Assembly (NCBI GenBank): GCA_035635435.1
Contig: DASQBB010000013.1
Location: forward strand, 1,286-65,285
Reading direction: 5' to 3'
Origin: Chthoniobacterales bacterium
Lineage (GTDB): Bacteria > Verrucomicrobiota > Verrucomicrobiia > Chthoniobacterales > UBA10450
DNA: 64,000 nucleotides
In this document: positions 60,603-64,000 of the stretch, piece by piece
Layout: the number at the start of each line of letters is the position of its first letter
How positions within the stretch are numbered: the stretch's first letter is position 1
Translations under genes and position numbers: made by a program
The notes under the pieces: generated by a model
Database searches by the model: none
The model's input: the letters and a program-made list of their open reading frames with translations, nothing else
Told to the model about the DNA's origin: nothing

Positions 60603-61043
60603 GTGAAGCTTTCCATCGCGATCATTTCTAGCTCCTTCCTCTTGGCTCCTTGCTCTTGGCTCGTGGCCGGTGATGCGGTCGCAATCGGCTACAATGCCGA
60701 CGGCATTTGGACGGACGTGACCTATTATCGATCGGGAACGCCGAAACGCGGGAAGGATTACCGAACTTCCGACCAAGCTCGCGAGTTCGCGTTGCGCGAT
60801 GTGCGCAGGCGAAGCCAATCTGCCATCGCGACGACGCACATTCTTTCGTCTTCGGATTCAACCGGTTTTGTTGCCGTGGCCCGCGGCCAGGATAAGTCCG
60901 GCAGAGACTTTCACGCGGTCGGTCATGCAAAATCGCAGGCAGAGGCCGACAAAAAGGCTATCGGCGAGCTGAACGAGGCCGGCGCTGGCGCAGAGCAGAA
61001 AATCGTTTACCGATATTTCTCCTACGGCGCGGATTCAAAATGA
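60603..61043 (+). CDS. Hypothetical secreted protein
   Basis: Signal-peptide-like N-terminus (GTG start). I recognise no family. Confidence 0.4.
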   Translation: MKLSIAIISSSFLLAPCSWLVAGDAVAIGYNADGIWTDVTYYRSGTPKRGKDYRTSDQAREFALRDVRRRSQSAIATTHILSSSDSTGFVAVARGQDKSGRDFHAVGHAKSQAEADKKAIGELNEAGAGAEQKIVYRYFSYGADSK

Positions 61044-61102
61044 AGTCCGAGGTGCGAGGTCCGAGCCGGACTGGCATTGCACTGGCGTTGGACGGGCATT
61101 TT

Positions 61103-62584
61103 ATGTCGATCTTATTTGTTTCGTTCGCCTTTTTGGTTCTCGCCGCTTCTTCGAAGGCTCAGAGCGGAAGTCCAGTCGAAGGATCGACAGCCACCCCTAC
61201 GCCGACCGCGACGCCGGTTGTTTTTTCACCGCAAACGCTCATGGATTTGAAACGACTGCAGCAAGCCGCGCTGAGCAGCGATTACGCTTATCGGCAGGTC
61301 GCGCATCTGGCGGACAACATCGGGCCGCGCTTGACCGGATCGGCGCAGGCCGCGAAGGCGGTTGAGTACGTCGCGGCCGAATTGAAAGCGATCGGTTGCG
61401 AAGTGGAGCTGGAGAAGGTGATGGTACCGCACTGGGTCCGCGGCGAAGAAACCGCCGCGCTGGTGAGCTGGTCGGGAATGGCGGCCGGCACCACTCAGAA
61501 GATTTTGCTCTGCGCGCTGGGCGATAGCGTGGCGACGCCGAAAGAAGGAGTTACTGCCGATATGGTGCCAGTAAAAAATTTCGACGAATTAAAAGCGATG
61601 CCGCGGGACAAAGTGGCGGGCAAAATTGTGCTCTTTAATTATCCGTTCGACAAACAAATGGCGGCGCAAGGGCACGCCGGCCAGGCTTACGGTGAAGCGG
61701 TCGAGTATAGGAGCGATGGTCCGAGCGCGGCGGCGCGACAGGGCGCGGTCGCGTGTTTGATTCGTTCAGTAGGCGGCGCGGATTATCGAATTCCGCACAC
61801 CGGGCAAACAAAATATGCCGACGACGCGCCAAAAATTCCTGCAGGTGCGGTCACGTCGGAGGATGCGGACCTGATTGTCGATCTTGTAAAGCAGGGCCCG
61901 GTGAAAATGAAACTGACGCTAACGCCACAAACTTTGCCGAACGTCGAAAGCGCGAACGTGATCGGCGACATCAAGGGCAGCGAACATCCCGAACAAATCG
62001 TGATCGTCTCCGGCCATTTAGATTCATGGGATTTGGGAACGGGCGCGATCGATGACGGCGCCGGCGTCGCGGTTTCGATGGAGGCGGCGAACCTGGTTCA
62101 GAAGCTGCATTTGAAACCGAAGCGAACGATTCGCATGATCGCGTGGATGAACGAAGAAAACGGATTGGCCGGCTCGAAGCAGTACGTCAAAGATCACGCC
62201 AAAGATTGGGCGAATCATTTCGCGTCGATGGAAACTGACGGCGGCGCGGATCATCCGATCGGTTTGCACATCAAGGCGAAGCCGGAAGTGAAGGCGATGT
62301 TAAAAGCGGTCGCTTCGATTTTGCAGGAGTCCGGCGCTGGAGCGCTCGATCTGGCCGAGAATGCCGGCGCCGATATCGGGCCGATGGAAAAAGTGGGCGT
62401 GCCGGCGTTCGCGCCGATTCAGGACAATCGATTTTATTTCAATTTTCATCACACCGCGGCCGACACGCTGGACAAAATCAATCCGAAATATCTGGCGGAA
62501 ACGTCCGCGGTGGTCGCGGTCGCGGCGTATGCCTTGGCGAATTCAGAGCAACCGCTGCCGCGGTCCGAGCCGGACCGGCACTAG
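61103..62584 (+). CDS. M28 family aminopeptidase with a PA-domain insert
   Basis: VIVSGHLDSWDLGTGAIDDGAGVAVSME...WMNEENGLAGS...FHHTAADT. I chose the ATG at 61103, before the signal peptide. Confidence 0.85.
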   Translation: MSILFVSFAFLVLAASSKAQSGSPVEGSTATPTPTATPVVFSPQTLMDLKRLQQAALSSDYAYRQVAHLADNIGPRLTGSAQAAKAVEYVAAELKAIGCEVELEKVMVPHWVRGEETAALVSWSGMAAGTTQKILLCALGDSVATPKEGVTADMVPVKNFDELKAMPRDKVAGKIVLFNYPFDKQMAAQGHAGQAYGEAVEYRSDGPSAAARQGAVACLIRSVGGADYRIPHTGQTKYADDAPKIPAGAVTSEDADLIVDLVKQGPVKMKLTLTPQTLPNVESANVIGDIKGSEHPEQIVIVSGHLDSWDLGTGAIDDGAGVAVSMEAANLVQKLHLKPKRTIRMIAWMNEENGLAGSKQYVKDHAKDWANHFASMETDGGADHPIGLHIKAKPEVKAMLKAVASILQESGAGALDLAENAGADIGPMEKVGVPAFAPIQDNRFYFNFHHTAADTLDKINPKYLAETSAVVAVAAYALANSEQPLPRSEPDRH

Positions 62585-62603
62585 TGACGAGTGGCAAGTG
62601 AGT
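62583..62603. repeat. Degenerate heptamer repeat (AGTGACG AGTGGCA AGTGAGT)
   Basis: It starts inside the M28 stop codon and belongs to the same word family as 60104-60138. Confidence 0.5.
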
Positions 62604-62670
62604 CCGAGCCGGACTGGCCTTTGACAAGAACTTCGTCGTCAGATGCGACGCGGTTTGATAAAACTCAGGC

Positions 62671-63165
62671 GTGAGCCTGGAAACCGTTAATTCAGTGGCG
62701 CAGATCATTGCAGCGATTGGTGTGATCGCGTCATTGTTTTATCTGGCAGTCCAGATTCGGCAGAACACGCGCTCAATGCGCGCGGTGGTCGTCGATGCGC
62801 TGACGCGCGGAATCGCCGAGATCTTATCGGGGCAAACGCCTGAGACCCTGCGATCTTTCGCGCGAGTTTCAGAGGATGTGCAGAGCGCGACCGAGGAGGA
62901 TCGGCTGCGCGCGTTGCCACAATTCTTCGCGCTTTTCAAATTATTCGAGAACGCGTGGTTTCAACAACGCCAGGGCACGTTGGATCGGGAACAATGGCAA
63001 GGTTGGGACGCGTACATCCGGACTTATTATCACCGTCCAGGGGTGAAGAGCTGGTGGCTGATGCGACGCGCTACATTTGCTCCCGGATTCCGCGATTATC
63101 TCGAAGCGACGGAGCCAATTACCGAAGCCGTTTCACTGACAGATCTGATTCGAGGCAATCGATAA
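62671..63165 (+). CDS. Hypothetical membrane-anchored protein
   Basis: A single N-terminal TM helix (VAQIIAAIGVIASLFYLAV). I recognise no family. Confidence 0.4.
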   Translation: MSLETVNSVAQIIAAIGVIASLFYLAVQIRQNTRSMRAVVVDALTRGIAEILSGQTPETLRSFARVSEDVQSATEEDRLRALPQFFALFKLFENAWFQQRQGTLDREQWQGWDAYIRTYYHRPGVKSWWLMRRATFAPGFRDYLEATEPITEAVSLTDLIRGNR

Positions 63166-63169
63166 CCGC

Positions 63170-63820
63170 ATGGAAGGAATTTTTCCCGATCGCGCCGAAG
63201 CCGGACGGGTGCTTGGGCTAAAGCTCTCGAAGTATGCAGGTCGCGACGATGTGATCGTGCTCGGTTTGCCGCGCGGTGGCGTGCCGGTCGCGTACGAAGT
63301 CGCACAAGCGCTGCGCGTTCCGCTCGATGTTTTTATTGTGCGCAAACTTGGCGTGCCAGGTTTTGAAGAGCTCGCGGTGGGCGCGATCGCCTCCGGTGGT
63401 GTGCGCGTCTTGAATGAAGACGTCGCGCGCGCGTTGCCGAACGCGGTCGACATCATCGAAGCAGTGACCGCCAAAGAAACGGCCGAATTACAGCGGCGCG
63501 AGCAAAGTTATCGCGATGGAAGGCCGGCGCCGGAACTGCGGGATAAGACGGTCATTCTCATCGACGACGGTTTGGCCACGGGCGCGACTATGCGCGCAGC
63601 GATCAAAGCATTGCGGCAACGTGGCGTCGCCAGAATTGTGGTCGCGGTCCCAGTCGGCCCGCCGGACACGTGTCGCGAGTTCGAAGACGAGGCCGACGAA
63701 GTCATTTGCGCGAGCGCGCCCGATTTTTTTCAAGCGGTCGGCCAGTATTACGAAGATTTTTCGCAAACCAGCGACGAAGAAGTGCGCGAGCTGCTCGCGC
63801 GCGCCGCCCAAGGCATTTGA
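63170..63820 (+). CDS. Phosphoribosyltransferase family protein
   Basis: VLGLPRGGVPVA and the PRPP loop VILIDDGLATGATM. Confidence 0.85.
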   Translation: MEGIFPDRAEAGRVLGLKLSKYAGRDDVIVLGLPRGGVPVAYEVAQALRVPLDVFIVRKLGVPGFEELAVGAIASGGVRVLNEDVARALPNAVDIIEAVTAKETAELQRREQSYRDGRPAPELRDKTVILIDDGLATGATMRAAIKALRQRGVARIVVAVPVGPPDTCREFEDEADEVICASAPDFFQAVGQYYEDFSQTSDEEVRELLARAAQGI

Positions 63821-63824
63821 TCCG

Positions 63825-64000
63825 TTATTGCGGCGACGTTTCGGGAGAAGGACTAACGCCTCCGTGCCAGTGATGTTGGAACCAACGTCGATGGCGTTCT
63901 TCCACCTGTTTCAAGCGCTGCTGTTGCTCCGGCGTAAGGATCGGCGCGATCTCGCGGTGCGCTTGAACCATCGTGTCGCGCACGTGGCGGCCGGTGTCGC
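63825..64000 (-). CDS. Spy/CpxP-like periplasmic protein (N-terminus off the right edge)
   Basis: My own minus-strand translation gives ...HREIAPILTPEQQQRLKQVEERHRRWFQHHWHGG...*. It contains an LTPEQ-type motif. Confidence 0.35.
   Translation of the reverse strand, partial: DTGRHVRDTMVQAHREIAPILTPEQQQRLKQVEERHRRWFQHHWHGGVSPSPETSPQ

Overview
This 64-kb window looks like a chromosomal segment of a GC-rich bacterium. I infer it is Verrucomicrobiota-like from the prepilin-type GFTLVEIMIVVAIIALLAAIAVP protein and the LamG/Pro-Thr-linker exoproteins; this cannot be verified here. Most of the window is ordinary housekeeping. It includes a DEAD-box helicase, rplQ-rpoA, a LemA/TPM cluster, scpB, glmM, a sigma54-type response regulator and a PAS histidine kinase. 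It also includes pnp-rpsO, two APC permeases, a murU/amgK-like pair, prc, thyA, dnaK, groES-groEL, gdhA and an M28 peptidase. Three things stand out. (1) An asymmetric 9-10-mer, AAGATCGACA, is scattered at least 31 times over both strands, in all reading frames and in intergenic DNA. That is roughly one copy per 2 kb, against fewer than 1 expected, and it behaves like a DNA-level signal of the uptake-sequence or Chi type. (2) A visibly lower-GC 4.4-kb insert between groEL and gdhA carries a complete ubiquitin-like conjugation gene set: a Ubl ending in GG-SS, a mini-E2, a JAB-E1 fusion and a Cys-rich protein. It is transcribed divergently from a sigma70/ECF-like gene, a 142-aa unknown and an ImmA/IrrE-type metalloprotease. 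(3) A 15-kb minus-strand accessory array (MarR, VOC, S8 peptidase, three ~1300-1400-aa secreted four-module LamG proteins, GT2, GNAT, cupin) shows tandem duplication. The evidence is relics of the VOC gene tail, duplicated promoter/leader blocks, end-specific gene conversion and (Pro-Thr)n linkers. Several small structured intergenic repeat families are also present. I found no rRNA, tRNA, CRISPR array, transposase or integrase.
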